Part shown: one piece after another, positions 46,126 to 56,671 of the stretch
Numbering within the stretch: the first letter of the stretch is position 1
Layout: every line of letters begins with the position of its first letter
Assembly: GCA_948477625.1 (NCBI GenBank)
Contig: CAOLNK010000001.1
Span: 63,946-127,945, forward strand
Length of the DNA: 64,000 nucleotides
DNA from: an uncultured Candidatus Saccharibacteria bacterium
Lineage (GTDB): Bacteria > Patescibacteriota > Saccharimonadia > Saccharimonadales > Saccharimonadaceae
Reading direction: 5' to 3'
The notes under the pieces: model-generated
What the model was told of the DNA's origin: nothing
The model's database searches: none
Seen by the model: only the letters and a program-made list of their open reading frames with translations
Translations under genes and position numbers: made by a program

Positions 46126-46239
46126 GGTAGTATTACAGATTATGCTCGCCGCGCAACATGGCGGGCTTTTCTGCGCCCATACGATAAGGTTTTATATGAT
46201 AGCGTTCGCAGGGTTACATGAGCATGCTATAATGGTGAC

Positions 46240-47697
46240 ATGCGGGAGAGTTTTTATTTTTACGATTTAGAAACCTCAGGGCTGAATCCGCGCAATGACC
46301 GAATCATGCAATTTGCTGGTCAGCGCACCGACGCGGATTTTAACCCGATTGGCGAGCCAGCTAATATTTTGGTGGAGCTCCCCGACGATACTTTGCCTAG
46401 CCCAGGTGCCATTATGGTGACAGGCATCACGCCGCAGGCCACGCGTCAGGACGGTATGAGCGAGCGTGAATTCTGCCAATTCTTTATCAACGAAGTGGCT
46501 ACCCCTGGCACGACGATTATGGGGTATAATTCGGTGCGATTTGACGATGAATTTATTCGCGCGACCTTGTGGCGCAATTTTTATGATGCCTATGAGTGGC
46601 AATGGAAAGACGGCCGCAGTCGCTGGGACATGCTAGACGTAGTGCGACTCACTCGTGCGCTCCGGCCAGAGGGAATTGAGTGGCCGGTAACGCCCGAAGG
46701 TAAAGCCACCAACCGTCTAGAGCTCCTCACTAAGCTTAATGGGATTTCGCATGAGCACGCTCACGACGCCTTGGCGGATGTAGTGGCACTAATTGAAGTG
46801 ACCAGATTAGTGAAACAGAAGCAGCCTCAGCTTTTTGATTTTCTCTATAATCTGCGCAACAAGCGTGCCGTGCAACGCCTGGTGAACTTACAAAACCCGC
46901 AACCTTTTGTCTATGCCTCGGGGCGCTATTCTTCAAAATTTGACAAAACTACCGTAGCCTACCCACTAGCAGCGGCCAAGAATGACAACGTCTTAGTTTA
47001 TGATTTGCGCTATAATTTGGACGAAGTTTTGCAAGCCGAGCAGGGCGGCACTTATATCGAGAAATACGGTAGCCACTGGCAAAAAGCTAATCCTAAGAAG
47101 GTTAAAATCGACTTTTCGCCAATTGTCAAAACTCTGCAATATAACCACTGTCCGGCGGTGGCGCCACTAGGGGTGCTAGAAAAAGACGACGGCTGGGCTA
47201 AAATCCAGCTCAGTAAAGAGCAAATTGAGCAAAATCTCAAGAGTTTGCAGACGCATCCAGAATTTACTGAGCGCGTGCAAAAAATCATTGGCGAGCGGCC
47301 CGAGTTCCCGCCAGCGGTGGATCCAGAGTCGGCACTTTACGATGGGTTTATGGATGACCGCGACCGCAAGCTCTGTGAAGTGGTGCGGAATAATGGCGCG
47401 AAAGATTTGGCGAATTTTCATCCTCCGTTCTCGGATGAACGATTGCCAGATTTGCTTTTGCATTACAAAGCTAAGAATTATCCTGAGAGCCTAGCCGCCG
47501 ACGAAGTGGAACAGTGGGAGAAATACCGTATCGCACGTCTTGGCCGTCAGGCACCCAAGTTTATGGCTGAGCTCACTAATATCCAAAAAGACCTCGCTGC
47601 GGACAAACCTTGGGCCGGTAAGTCGGTAGAAGATTGTGCCTACTTGGTAGAAGAACTGATGCTTTGGTATGAGAGCTTGCAACCTGGCGATTATTGA
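46240..47697 (+). CDS. sbcB: exodeoxyribonuclease I
   Basis: DEDDh exonuclease motifs (YDLETSG, GYNSVRFDDEF, HDALADV) and colinearity with ExoI. TGCTATAAT lies 6 nt upstream. Confidence 0.85.
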   Translation: MRESFYFYDLETSGLNPRNDRIMQFAGQRTDADFNPIGEPANILVELPDDTLPSPGAIMVTGITPQATRQDGMSEREFCQFFINEVATPGTTIMGYNSVRFDDEFIRATLWRNFYDAYEWQWKDGRSRWDMLDVVRLTRALRPEGIEWPVTPEGKATNRLELLTKLNGISHEHAHDALADVVALIEVTRLVKQKQPQLFDFLYNLRNKRAVQRLVNLQNPQPFVYASGRYSSKFDKTTVAYPLAAAKNDNVLVYDLRYNLDEVLQAEQGGTYIEKYGSHWQKANPKKVKIDFSPIVKTLQYNHCPAVAPLGVLEKDDGWAKIQLSKEQIEQNLKSLQTHPEFTERVQKIIGERPEFPPAVDPESALYDGFMDDRDRKLCEVVRNNGAKDLANFHPPFSDERLPDLLLHYKAKNYPESLAADEVEQWEKYRIARLGRQAPKFMAELTNIQKDLAADKPWAGKSVEDCAYLVEELMLWYESLQPGDY

Positions 47698-47731
47698 TAA
47701 AACTTATATTTTGCTATATAATATATAGTCA

Positions 47732-50614
47732 ATGAACGACAACTATATCAAAGTCCGCGGTGCGCGGCAGCATAACTTGAAAGACCTTGACGTTAATATT
47801 CCACGCGATAAATTGGTGGTGATTACAGGGCTTTCCGGCTCGGGCAAGTCGAGCTTAGCTTTTGATACCATCTATGCTGAAGGTCAGCGCCGCTATGTGG
47901 AAAGTTTGTCGAGCTATGCCCGTATGTTTCTTGGTGTGATGGATAAGCCAGATGTGGATAGCATTTCTGGTCTTAGCCCGGCAATCTCAATTGATCAGAA
48001 ATCTACCAGTCGCAATCCTCGCTCCACCGTAGCCACTGTGACCGAAGTCTATGATTATTTGCGTCTGCTGTTTGCGCGTGTGGGTGTGCCACATTGTCCG
48101 ATTTGCCACCGTGAGGTTTCGCGTCGCAGTGTGGAAGATATCGTGAACGAAGTAATGAAGCTTCCACTTGGGAGCAAACTCATGCTCCTTGCGCCGATTG
48201 TCAGTCAGAAAAAGGGTAGCTTCATGCATGTTTCTGAACAATATCAGGCCAAAGGTTTCTCGCGCGTGCGCGTAGATGGAATTGTCTATGCGCTGGACGA
48301 ATTTCCCGAGCTCAACAAGAATGATCGTCACGACATCGAAATCGTGGTTGACCGGTTTATTCTTTCGCCCGATTTGCTCAGCCGAATTTCGAGCTCTATC
48401 GAACAAGCGCTGGAGCTAGGGCAGGGAATTATCAAGTTGCTCAAGATTAATGACAACGCTACTACTGTGGAAGGCAAGGCAATTAGCGAAGATAATAGTG
48501 AGATCCTGACCTATTCTCAACGCTACGCTTGCGAACTCCACCCCGATGAACTTATCCCTGAGCTGGAACCGCGTTTATTCTCCTTCAATGCTCCGCAAGG
48601 TGCTTGTCCGACTTGTACTGGTCTAGGCACGCGTATGGAAATTGACCCAACCTTAGTACTCAATCCCAACCTTACCATCGCTGAGGGCGGCATCCGTCCT
48701 TTTAACCGCATCACTCAGGAATCTTGGTGGCTCAAGCGCCTCACCGCCGTGGGTGAAAAGCATGGCTTCTCAGTGCATGTGCCGATTCGTGACCTTTCTG
48801 AGGATGCTATCCAAAAGATTCTTTACGGTACTGGTGACGAAAAATACAAAGTTGCTGTGGGTGGTCATGGCAAATGGGGCGACGGTGCTACCTATCAGAG
48901 CACCTATGAAGGCGTGATTCCTACCCTGGAACGCCGCCACCGCGAATCTGAATCTGAGTTTATCAAAAAAGACATTGAGCGCTTTATGCGGGTACACGAG
49001 TGTCAAACCTGTCATGGCGCTCGTCTCAAGCCAGCTGTCCTTGCTGTGACCGTGCATGACCTCAGTATTGTGGACATGTGTAATCTCGATGTGGATGCCA
49101 CACTCGAAGTTTTGAACGGTGACCTTAAGTTTTCTGAAAGCGAATCTGTGATTGCTGGCCCAATTCTCAAGGAAATCCGCGAGCGGGTGAAGTTTATGCA
49201 GGATGTAGGCTTGGGCTATCTTGAACTGGGCCGCGCCGCCAATACACTCTCTGGTGGCGAGGCGCAACGCATCCGTCTGGCTACCCAAATCGGCTCTGGT
49301 CTTCAAGGGGTTCTCTATGTGTTGGATGAGCCAAGTATTGGTCTGCACCAGCGTGATAACGATAAGCTAATTTCTACTCTCAAGCACTTGCGTGACCTCA
49401 AAAACACCGTGCTCGTAGTGGAACACGATGAAGACACTATGCGCGAGTCAGATTATATTATTGATATTGGCCCTGGGGCCGGTAAAAATGGTGGTCGCCT
49501 GATGGCCGCCGGCACTCCAGACGAGGTAGCCAAGGATGATAATTCACTCACCGGTAAATATCTTTCTGGTAAGCTTACTATTCCTGTACCTAAGAAGCGT
49601 CGTACTCCTAAAAAGGACCAAGAGTTGGTGGTAGTTGGCGCTCGTGAGAACAACCTGAAGAATATTGATGTGCACTTTCCACTTGGTGTGATGACGGTAG
49701 TTTCTGGAGTTTCTGGCAGTGGTAAGTCCACGCTTGTGAATGATATTCTGGCTAATGAGCTTTTGGCCCGCCTCCATCGTGCACAGACCGTCCCTGGCGC
49801 GCACGACAAAATTGAGGGGATTGAATATCTTGATAAGACTATCGTGATTGATCAGTCACCAATTGGCCGCACTCCGCGCTCCAACGCTGCCACTTATACC
49901 GGTGTCTTCAACCAAATTCGTGGGCTTTTCGCCAAACAGCCTGAGGCTGAACTTCGCGGCTACAAGGCTGGACGCTTCAGTTTTAATGTCAAGGGTGGTC
50001 GCTGTGAAACTTGCCAGGGTGATGGTGTGAACAAAATCGAAATGCATTTCTTGCCCGATGTCTACGTAACTTGTCCAACTTGCCATGGCAAACGCTATAA
50101 CCGCGAGGCACTTGAGGTCAAATATAAGGGCAAAGACATTGCTGAAGTCCTCGACATGACAATTGACGAGGCGGTGGAATTCTTTGAGAATATCCCAACT
50201 ATTACACCTAAACTCAAGACTATCCAAGAGGTGGGCTTAGGCTACATCAAGTTGGGTCAGCCCGCCACTACCTTTTCTGGTGGCGAGGCACAACGCATCA
50301 AGCTTGCCACCGAACTTTCGCGTCGTAGCACCGGCAAGACGCTCTATATCTTGGATGAGCCTACTACCGGTCTACATACCGATGATGTCAAACGCTTACT
50401 TAGTATTCTTGGCAAGCTAGTGGACGGCGGCAACTCTATGATTATCATTGAGCATAACCTCCACGTAATTAAGTGTGCCGACTGGATTATTGATATGGGC
50501 CCCGAGGGGGGCTTGCATGGTGGGCAAGTAGTAGCGGAGGGTACGCCCGAGCAGCTGGCTAAGCGCTCTGATACACCAACCGGGAAGTATCTCAAGGAGA
50601 TTTTGGGGATATAA
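47732..50614 (+). CDS. uvrA: excinuclease ABC subunit A
   Basis: Two ABC modules (GLSGSGKSS and GVSGSGKST), zinc-finger CxxC pairs and LSGGEAQR twice. Confidence 0.95.
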   Translation: MNDNYIKVRGARQHNLKDLDVNIPRDKLVVITGLSGSGKSSLAFDTIYAEGQRRYVESLSSYARMFLGVMDKPDVDSISGLSPAISIDQKSTSRNPRSTVATVTEVYDYLRLLFARVGVPHCPICHREVSRRSVEDIVNEVMKLPLGSKLMLLAPIVSQKKGSFMHVSEQYQAKGFSRVRVDGIVYALDEFPELNKNDRHDIEIVVDRFILSPDLLSRISSSIEQALELGQGIIKLLKINDNATTVEGKAISEDNSEILTYSQRYACELHPDELIPELEPRLFSFNAPQGACPTCTGLGTRMEIDPTLVLNPNLTIAEGGIRPFNRITQESWWLKRLTAVGEKHGFSVHVPIRDLSEDAIQKILYGTGDEKYKVAVGGHGKWGDGATYQSTYEGVIPTLERRHRESESEFIKKDIERFMRVHECQTCHGARLKPAVLAVTVHDLSIVDMCNLDVDATLEVLNGDLKFSESESVIAGPILKEIRERVKFMQDVGLGYLELGRAANTLSGGEAQRIRLATQIGSGLQGVLYVLDEPSIGLHQRDNDKLISTLKHLRDLKNTVLVVEHDEDTMRESDYIIDIGPGAGKNGGRLMAAGTPDEVAKDDNSLTGKYLSGKLTIPVPKKRRTPKKDQELVVVGARENNLKNIDVHFPLGVMTVVSGVSGSGKSTLVNDILANELLARLHRAQTVPGAHDKIEGIEYLDKTIVIDQSPIGRTPRSNAATYTGVFNQIRGLFAKQPEAELRGYKAGRFSFNVKGGRCETCQGDGVNKIEMHFLPDVYVTCPTCHGKRYNREALEVKYKGKDIAEVLDMTIDEAVEFFENIPTITPKLKTIQEVGLGYIKLGQPATTFSGGEAQRIKLATELSRRSTGKTLYILDEPTTGLHTDDVKRLLSILGKLVDGGNSMIIIEHNLHVIKCADWIIDMGPEGGLHGGQVVAEGTPEQLAKRSDTPTGKYLKEILGI

Positions 50615-50685
50615 AACCGTAAACGTGGGTTGCTGACCCACGTTTACGCTAATCGCGCCCCTATTATTTTTTAGGCAAACCTAGG

Positions 50686-51015
50686 TCACTGACCCATGTT
50701 TGTTGTCTGATCGATTATTTCCACCTTACGCTCAATAAAATCAATTGCCGTCTGTAATTCCTTTAATTTCTCCCACATCTGACGCTTTTTGGCTTCCAAA
50801 ATCGCTTTGCGTTCTGGCAAAGTTGTGGCGCCACCACGGTTTAAGCAGTACAGAGTCCGCAACAGCTCAAGCTGTTCAGCATCTAACACTCGGTACTTAT
50901 TACGCTGGCGTTTAATCCCACGTATTGTCCCTCTTTTTAAAATTTTACGAACGACATTTCTCGAAGCCCCCAAAATCTCACATGCCTGCGCTACTGTATA
51001 AGTCTCATTATTCAT
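50686..51015 (-). CDS. MerR/excisionase-type HTH DNA-binding protein
   Basis: N-terminal HTH (YTVAQACEILGASRNVVRKILKRGTI) and a coiled-coil C-terminus. The promoter is a leaderless TATAAT. It is adjacent to the inversion locus. Confidence 0.6.
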   Translation of the reverse strand: MNNETYTVAQACEILGASRNVVRKILKRGTIRGIKRQRNKYRVLDAEQLELLRTLYCLNRGGATTLPERKAILEAKKRQMWEKLKELQTAIDFIERKVEIIDQTTNMGQ

Positions 51016-51035
51016 AACTTTATTATATCATTAAG

Positions 51036-51067
51036 AATCCCCCACTCCTGCGAGAGAATGGGGGATT
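51036..51067 (-). terminator. terminator of surface-protein variant 1
   Basis: aatccccca / tgggggatt stem. The loop tctcgcagg is homologous to the variant-2 terminator, with compensatory stem changes. Confidence 0.6.
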
Positions 51068-51085
51068 AAAATTACCAGTTTTAGG

Positions 51086-51676
51086 TTATTTTACGGTCGC
51101 GGTGAAAACCACAGTACCCTTGTAAGTACCCTGTTGCTGAGTGCTATTGGCGGACGCGCCAAAGTTAACGGTCGTTACGTCTTCCATCTCTGCGTCGCCA
51201 GCAGCAGCGGTATGCGCATGAATCTCCTCCGGTGCGCCAGTCACAGCAGTCCAGGCGCCGTAGCCACCCTCGGCTTCGGCATTGGCTAAACGGTAACCCC
51301 AAGCGGAAGTACCACCAGCAATGTTGGCGCTTGAAGAAATGGTATCGCCATTTTCATTCGTCAAGACACCATTACCCTCTGCATTGGCGGTTAGAGCCTT
51401 GATTGTCAAGCCGTAACCAACTTCCGAGTTTGAACTTACGGTGACTTTGAGGTCCTTGGTGGTAGAGACGTTGTTTAAAGTCATCTCTTCTAGATCAACT
51501 TTGCCATCAGTGGCATCGGTTGAGATAGAGATGGCACCACCAACCTCAACTTGAACGTCCGCGCTTGCGCTCTGGCTGTATGGTTCATCCGCAGCATACG
51601 AACTCAGTGGCAATGCAGCAACACCAAGACCGGCCACTACGCCCAAGACAGCGATAGCTTTTGACATTTTGGACAT
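51086..51676 (-). CDS. secreted surface protein variant 1 (WxL/CscB-C-like family)
   Basis: 196 aa. The first 47 codons are identical to 52811-53431. It has a signal peptide (...LSSYA|ADE) and a C-terminal GTYKGTVVFTATVK. Confidence 0.6.
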   Translation of the reverse strand: MSKMSKAIAVLGVVAGLGVAALPLSSYAADEPYSQSASADVQVEVGGAISISTDATDGKVDLEEMTLNNVSTTKDLKVTVSSNSEVGYGLTIKALTANAEGNGVLTNENGDTISSSANIAGGTSAWGYRLANAEAEGGYGAWTAVTGAPEEIHAHTAAAGDAEMEDVTTVNFGASANSTQQQGTYKGTVVFTATVK

Positions 51677-51742
51677 AAATTTCTCCTTTATTTTTTCTAT
51701 TTTTGCTTATTTATTTTATGACCTTTGTAATTGTTATTATAT
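51534..51742. repeat. left arm of perfect 209-bp inverted repeat (IR-L)
   Basis: It is the reverse complement of 52745-52953, compared base by base. It contains the TATAAT box, the leader, the SD and codons 1-47 of variant 1. Confidence 0.9.
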
Positions 51743-51782
51743 TGAAGGGTTACTAATAATATACGGTGGGAGAAGGAGCTAT

Positions 51783-52673
51783 ATGCAATATAAACTTGAA
51801 CAGGTCGTACCCAAGCGGAAGGAGGTTTATCGTCAAGTCTACAGATATTATGACTACTGCGAACATGTGCGCAGTATGAGCCAGGTTACCTTAACTAGCA
51901 AAATCTATACCATTAACAACTTCTTGCGTACCCTTAAAATTGGTCGCCTAGAAGATATTACCGATCAGATGGTTTATGGTTGGCTTGGCGCTCAACGAGC
52001 ACGCGGCAATACTGGACGTTCTATCAATGACCGCTTAGCGCATGTTAAAGCAATGCTACGCTGGCAACAAGAGATGAATGTTACTATACCCAACCTACAT
52101 TTGGCGTTGCTAACCAAAATGAATGAAGAACCACCGCGTAAAGTGTATTTTACTCGAGCCGATATTGGTATAGTTCTAACCCAGGCTAACGAAATCGAAT
52201 GGTTGTTGATTCGCCTGGCATTTGATTGTGGGCTTCGTATTGGTGAATTACAAAGATTACGTCTGGAACATCTCAATCATGATAGGCTGATGATTATTGG
52301 TAAGGGGAATAAACGTCGCTATGTTTATCTGTGCGAAGAGGTAAAAAACAGACTCCAGCAGTGGCTGGACAATAATTATATAAAGGATTACTTTTGGCCC
52401 AGTCCAGTCAATCTCCACACACCTCTCAATAGTTGTACGCTTCGGAGTTATATGAAACGTGCTTTTGCTCGTTCGGGGTATTATGACTTCTGCCCGCATG
52501 ACTTGCGCCACTCTTACGCAACGGACTTAAAATTCCTAGGTATACCCACTCGCCAAATTCAGGCTGGTCTTGGCCACGCTACCGAAGCAGTGACCGAACG
52601 CTATCTGAGCGACTTAGAGGGTTTTGATCTACGCCAAATTTACCAAATCAAATACGCCACTCCTTTAACTTAG
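51783..52673 (+). CDS. tyrosine site-specific recombinase (XerC/D-integrase family)
   Basis: GLRIGEL (Arg I), HDLRHSYAT (H-x-x-R) and LGHATEAVTERYL (catalytic Tyr region). The start is at MQYKLEQ after a GGAG SD. Confidence 0.85.
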   Translation: MQYKLEQVVPKRKEVYRQVYRYYDYCEHVRSMSQVTLTSKIYTINNFLRTLKIGRLEDITDQMVYGWLGAQRARGNTGRSINDRLAHVKAMLRWQQEMNVTIPNLHLALLTKMNEEPPRKVYFTRADIGIVLTQANEIEWLLIRLAFDCGLRIGELQRLRLEHLNHDRLMIIGKGNKRRYVYLCEEVKNRLQQWLDNNYIKDYFWPSPVNLHTPLNSCTLRSYMKRAFARSGYYDFCPHDLRHSYATDLKFLGIPTRQIQAGLGHATEAVTERYLSDLEGFDLRQIYQIKYATPLT

Positions 52674-52722
52674 CCTGTGGAAAACTCTACACTAAATCAT
52701 GAATTTCGCACAGAAAAGTCTA

Positions 52723-52751
52723 TTGACTTAAGCATAACCGTCCTATATAAT
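52723..52751 (+). promoter_or_regulatory. promoter of variant 2: -35 TTGACT in the unique core, -10 TATAAT inside IR-R
   Basis: The spacer is exactly 17 nt. The equivalent -35 position next to IR-L reads GTATAT. Confidence 0.6.
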
Positions 52752-52953
52752 AACAATTACAAAGGTCATAAAATAAATAAGCAAAAATAGAAAAAATAAA
52801 GGAGAAATTTATGTCCAAAATGTCAAAAGCTATCGCTGTCTTGGGCGTAGTGGCCGGTCTTGGTGTTGCTGCATTGCCACTGAGTTCGTATGCTGCGGAT
52901 GAACCATACAGCCAGAGCGCAAGCGCGGACGTTCAAGTTGAGGTTGGTGGTGC
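52745..52953. repeat. right arm of perfect 209-bp inverted repeat (IR-R)
   Basis: See IR-L. Confidence 0.9.
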
Positions 52954-53431
52954 GATTTCCATTGAAGTCGATAACGGTGCAACTGAACCGGATGCGGTTA
53001 AGAACCTAGTTGACCTCGGTCAAATCAAGCTTAACGGTGACATCGTAAGCAAAGGCCTCAAAGTTACTGTCAAAACCAACGCTGGTGTACAGGATGATGT
53101 GGCTTATAGCTTGACTATGACTACTGAAACCGCCAACAACGCTCTTATCAACGAGAACGGTGTTGAATTACCTGCCGGTGTACCAACACAAGGTACTTCA
53201 GCTTGGGGTTATGCTCTTGGTTCTAGCTTGACTGATACCACTGCTGATATTACTGGCTGGGCTGCTGTCCCTGCTAAGGGTTCAATTCCTGCTGAACTCA
53301 AAGCTAGCGGCAATGTTCCTTCCGCTAGCCACAGCGAAGACACTTTTGTGAACTTCGGTGCTACGGCTTCCAACAACCAGAAGGAAGGTGTCTACAAGGG
53401 TACTGTAGTCTTCACTGCAACCGTTCAATAA
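52811..53431 (+). CDS. secreted surface protein variant 2 (WxL/CscB-C-like family)
   Basis: 206 aa. It has the same N-terminus as variant 1, a divergent central part, and a C-terminal GVYKGTVVFTATVQ. Confidence 0.6.
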   Translation: MSKMSKAIAVLGVVAGLGVAALPLSSYAADEPYSQSASADVQVEVGGAISIEVDNGATEPDAVKNLVDLGQIKLNGDIVSKGLKVTVKTNAGVQDDVAYSLTMTTETANNALINENGVELPAGVPTQGTSAWGYALGSSLTDTTADITGWAAVPAKGSIPAELKASGNVPSASHSEDTFVNFGATASNNQKEGVYKGTVVFTATVQ

Positions 53432-53450
53432 TCTAATCTCTAGATTTCTA

Positions 53451-53481
53451 AATCCCGTCCTCTCGCAGGGGCGGGATTTTT
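53451..53481 (+). terminator. rho-independent terminator of variant 2
   Basis: aatcccgtcc-tctcgcagg-ggcgggattttt. Confidence 0.7.
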
Positions 53482-53543
53482 CTTGTGCTTTGCCTTGATT
53501 TCTAAACTTATGTGCTATATAATGGAGGGAAATAAGGAGGTTA

Positions 53544-54473
53544 ATGAAAATTTTTCAACAATTGAAGTATGTTTTGGCTGTTGTTTTCGCATCTGCGGCA
53601 ATGGCATTATGTGGTGCTAGTAGCGTCAGTGCAGCCGATGTCCCTGATTATCGTCTGCAGATTTCTCCCGCCAAAGAGGATATTGGCGATTTGAAACCTG
53701 GAGAGACCTACACCGGTGTCTTCAAGGTACAAAACACGGGTGCCAAAGATTTTAATTTTAAAGTCAGCGTCACGCCATATTCGGTAGCTGATCAATATTA
53801 CTCCACTAATGAAGAGTCCAACCAATATACTGATATTGTCGAGTGGGTCAAGTTCTCTCAGACTTCTGGTCATGTTGACCCAAATGGTGAAGTTGAAATT
53901 ACCTACACCGTGACTGTTCCGGCTGATGTTCCAGCCGGTGGGCAGTATGCCCTGCTAACAGCTGAGTTAGTGAATGAGTCTGGTAGCACAGATGGTTCCG
54001 GTCTCACTACGATTAACCGTGTTGGCATGATTCTATATTCCAACGTTCAAGGTAACACTCGCAAGACTGCTTCCGTTATCGAAAACAAGGTCCCAAGCTT
54101 CCTCTTAAACCCTCCTGTCCAGGCTACTTCAATTGTCGAGAACACCGGTAACACCCACACCAACGCCAAGTACGTTTTGCAAGTTTATCCATTGTTTGGT
54201 GATGAAGAAGTCTATACTAACGAAGAAAATCCAACCACATTGACCATTCTTCCCGAAACTCAGCGCTTCAATACTATTACTTGGCCTAATGCGCCACACC
54301 TAGGCATTTTCCGTGTCAAACAAACAGTGACTATATTTGATAAAGTATCCGTTACCGAAAAAGTTGTTTTCCTCTGCCCGATTTGGTTCCTCTTCATTAT
54401 TATCGCACTCATCTTCTGTGCTATCTTCTGGATCGTCACTCGTATCCGCGCTCGCCGGCAAGACCGCAGATAA
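53544..54473 (+). CDS. cell-surface protein, DUF916/DUF3324 (CscA)-like, C-terminal TM anchor
   Basis: Signal peptide, YRLQISPAKEDIGDLKPGETYTGVFKVQNTG, a second Ig-like half, and a TM followed by an RARRQDRR tail. It is a paralog of 8104 and 54505. Confidence 0.55.
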   Translation: MKIFQQLKYVLAVVFASAAMALCGASSVSAADVPDYRLQISPAKEDIGDLKPGETYTGVFKVQNTGAKDFNFKVSVTPYSVADQYYSTNEESNQYTDIVEWVKFSQTSGHVDPNGEVEITYTVTVPADVPAGGQYALLTAELVNESGSTDGSGLTTINRVGMILYSNVQGNTRKTASVIENKVPSFLLNPPVQATSIVENTGNTHTNAKYVLQVYPLFGDEEVYTNEENPTTLTILPETQRFNTITWPNAPHLGIFRVKQTVTIFDKVSVTEKVVFLCPIWFLFIIIALIFCAIFWIVTRIRARRQDRR

Positions 54474-54504
54474 TCATTAAAATGGAGCTAGGAGGCTATA
54501 TAAA

Positions 54505-55491
54505 ATGAAAAGGTTTGTAAACATTATCCTTGCCACAGTCATGATGGTGGCCGGCGCTACCATGTTGCCACAGGCAGTTCATGCTGAAGACGAGAAAGCG
54601 GAATACAATCTACAAATTTCGCCAACCGCCGTTACTGTCACTTTGATGGGTGGTGATGTTCTAGAAGGGACTGCTAGCAAATGTCCAAAAGATGTCGACG
54701 GCGGCTGTGTTATGGAAGTCAAAAATATCGGCACTAAAGGATTGCGCTATCGTGTCTACGCTTCACCATATGTAGTAAAGGGCGAGAACTACGACCTCGA
54801 CTTCTCCGAGGAGGCCTCCACTTCTTATACCCAAATCTCTCGTTGGATTACGATTCTTGGCGAAGATGGTGGCTATGCCAAAGAAGCCGAGTTTGCCATT
54901 GAGCCAGGCGAAACCCAGACTATTCATTACCGCATTGATGTACCAGAAGATGTTCCCGGTGGTGCACAATACGCTGTGATTTGGGCTCAGACTATAGGTA
55001 CTACTACAACTAGTACCGGCGTGCAGGCTATTGCGCAGGCTGGCATGGTAGTTTCCGGTCGTACGATTGGCGACACGCAACAGACCTCTGACGTATATGA
55101 GTATGGCTTTGACCGCTTCGCTCTTAGTGGTCCACTCAAGGCTCAGGCAACCATCAAGAACACCGGTAACACTGACTTCGACGCCTACTATACCTACAAG
55201 GCTCGCACTATCTTTGGTAAGGAGATTTATACTGACCAGGGAACAATTGCTACTTTTCCAGATACAGAATATCATATTAACGTGAACTGGGAGAACCCAC
55301 CACTTTTAGGTATTTTCCAAGTAGAGTTCCGCGTGTCTGGCGCTGACACTGTCAAGACTGAGACTCACATTGTTGTGGTTATGCCAATTTTTGTGATAGT
55401 TTTGTTGATTTTATTGTTGACAGTTGCAATTGTCTGGATTATAATCATAATCAGAAAGCGCAAAGAGCGCAAAGCCCGCACCCTCGTGTAG
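54505..55491 (+). CDS. cell-surface protein, DUF916/DUF3324 (CscA)-like, C-terminal TM anchor
   Basis: Same architecture as 53544-54473: YNLQISPTAVTV..., VKNIGTKGL, and a TM followed by RKRKERKAR. Confidence 0.55.
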   Translation: MKRFVNIILATVMMVAGATMLPQAVHAEDEKAEYNLQISPTAVTVTLMGGDVLEGTASKCPKDVDGGCVMEVKNIGTKGLRYRVYASPYVVKGENYDLDFSEEASTSYTQISRWITILGEDGGYAKEAEFAIEPGETQTIHYRIDVPEDVPGGAQYAVIWAQTIGTTTTSTGVQAIAQAGMVVSGRTIGDTQQTSDVYEYGFDRFALSGPLKAQATIKNTGNTDFDAYYTYKARTIFGKEIYTDQGTIATFPDTEYHINVNWENPPLLGIFQVEFRVSGADTVKTETHIVVVMPIFVIVLLILLLTVAIVWIIIIIRKRKERKARTLV

Positions 55492-55594
55492 TGGAATTCA
55501 CGAGACGGGTAGCCGTGATACTGTTGCGAGCAGTATCCTGCGAGACGGCAGCTCTGCGAATTCAAACAAAAACTAAAAAGAAAGAGTGTAGAGT

Positions 55595-56548
55595 ATGCAA
55601 AAGACAAAGAAGCAACTTTTGGGCTTTGCTGGCTTAGCTGCAGTCGGTATTATGACTGCGGTGGCCTATGCTATGCCGGCCGCAGCGGCGGAAGATGTGC
55701 CACCTTCGGCAGATGGCGACGTGAACATTAGCGTCACTATCTTGCGCGGAAAGGCCACCGGCTACTTAATTAGCCCAGCTGACCAAAGTACCATCATGGG
55801 GAGTAGTGATATCACCTACGCCTATGAAGAAGTTAGTGCGGTAGAGGTAATTGTCGAACGTCTAACCAAAGATGGTTATGAAAAGGTTCTCGACAAGAAA
55901 TATGACAATTATGACCCAACCACCCACGGCACCAGTTCGGTCCCGATGAGCGAGATTGCTGGCTTCGGCGAATCAGAGTCAGACTACAAGGTGACCCTCA
56001 AGTTCTATGACGCCCAAGGTCAATATGCCAACGAAGATACCAGTACATTCAAATATCGCTTCATGAAGGCTGATATTGCAAAACAGCCAGCCTCTAACGG
56101 TGACCCAATTCTTAACGTCGAGATTAATGACGCCATTGATTCGGTCCGTGTTTATATTTATCGTGGCACTGAACCGCTTACCGATAAAGATGGCAATCAA
56201 GTCTTCGTTGACTTAACTCGCGACGATATCGATCCTGCCACGGGTAAAATCACCACTGTGCTGCCATTCGCAGATAATAATGCTAATGATGGCTCGTATG
56301 CGATCGTTGTTGAAGGTTATGAGGGAACGCCTAGCGAAGGTCGCTTGCTTTCGATGATTACGCTTGATGCAGACTACAAGCTTATCAAACCAACTGATCC
56401 TAATCTCCCTGAAACCCCACCAAACACTGGTTTTGTAATCGGTAATCTTAACATTTCCCGCGTTGACTACCTCATTACGGGTCTCATCGTGTTCGGCACA
56501 GTTGCCAGCTTCGCGCTCTATCTTGTTTATCGCAAGAGCCGCCGCTAA
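55595..56548 (+). CDS. secreted protein with LPXTG-like C-terminal sorting signal
   Basis: Signal peptide (AYAMPAAAA), then a C-terminal PPNTG, a hydrophobic stretch and RKSRR. Confidence 0.45.
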   Translation: MQKTKKQLLGFAGLAAVGIMTAVAYAMPAAAAEDVPPSADGDVNISVTILRGKATGYLISPADQSTIMGSSDITYAYEEVSAVEVIVERLTKDGYEKVLDKKYDNYDPTTHGTSSVPMSEIAGFGESESDYKVTLKFYDAQGQYANEDTSTFKYRFMKADIAKQPASNGDPILNVEINDAIDSVRVYIYRGTEPLTDKDGNQVFVDLTRDDIDPATGKITTVLPFADNNANDGSYAIVVEGYEGTPSEGRLLSMITLDADYKLIKPTDPNLPETPPNTGFVIGNLNISRVDYLITGLIVFGTVASFALYLVYRKSRR

Positions 56549-56671
56549 GCTATAATTCAACCAAACTACCGGTAGTGAGTGAATGCCGGTAGTTTTTGCT
56601 ATGTACATATATTGACATCATAGCAAGTTAGTGATAAAATAGCACAAAGTGGAGTGAATTTGGGAGAAAAT

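Noticed and set aside
51783-52673. The tyrosine recombinase acting as a shufflon enzyme on the dispersed lectin cassettes.
   Set aside because: The cassettes are spread over 52 kb among essential genes. I found no sequence similarity between the cassette junctions and the 209-bp repeats flanking the recombinase. The recombinase has an obvious local substrate.
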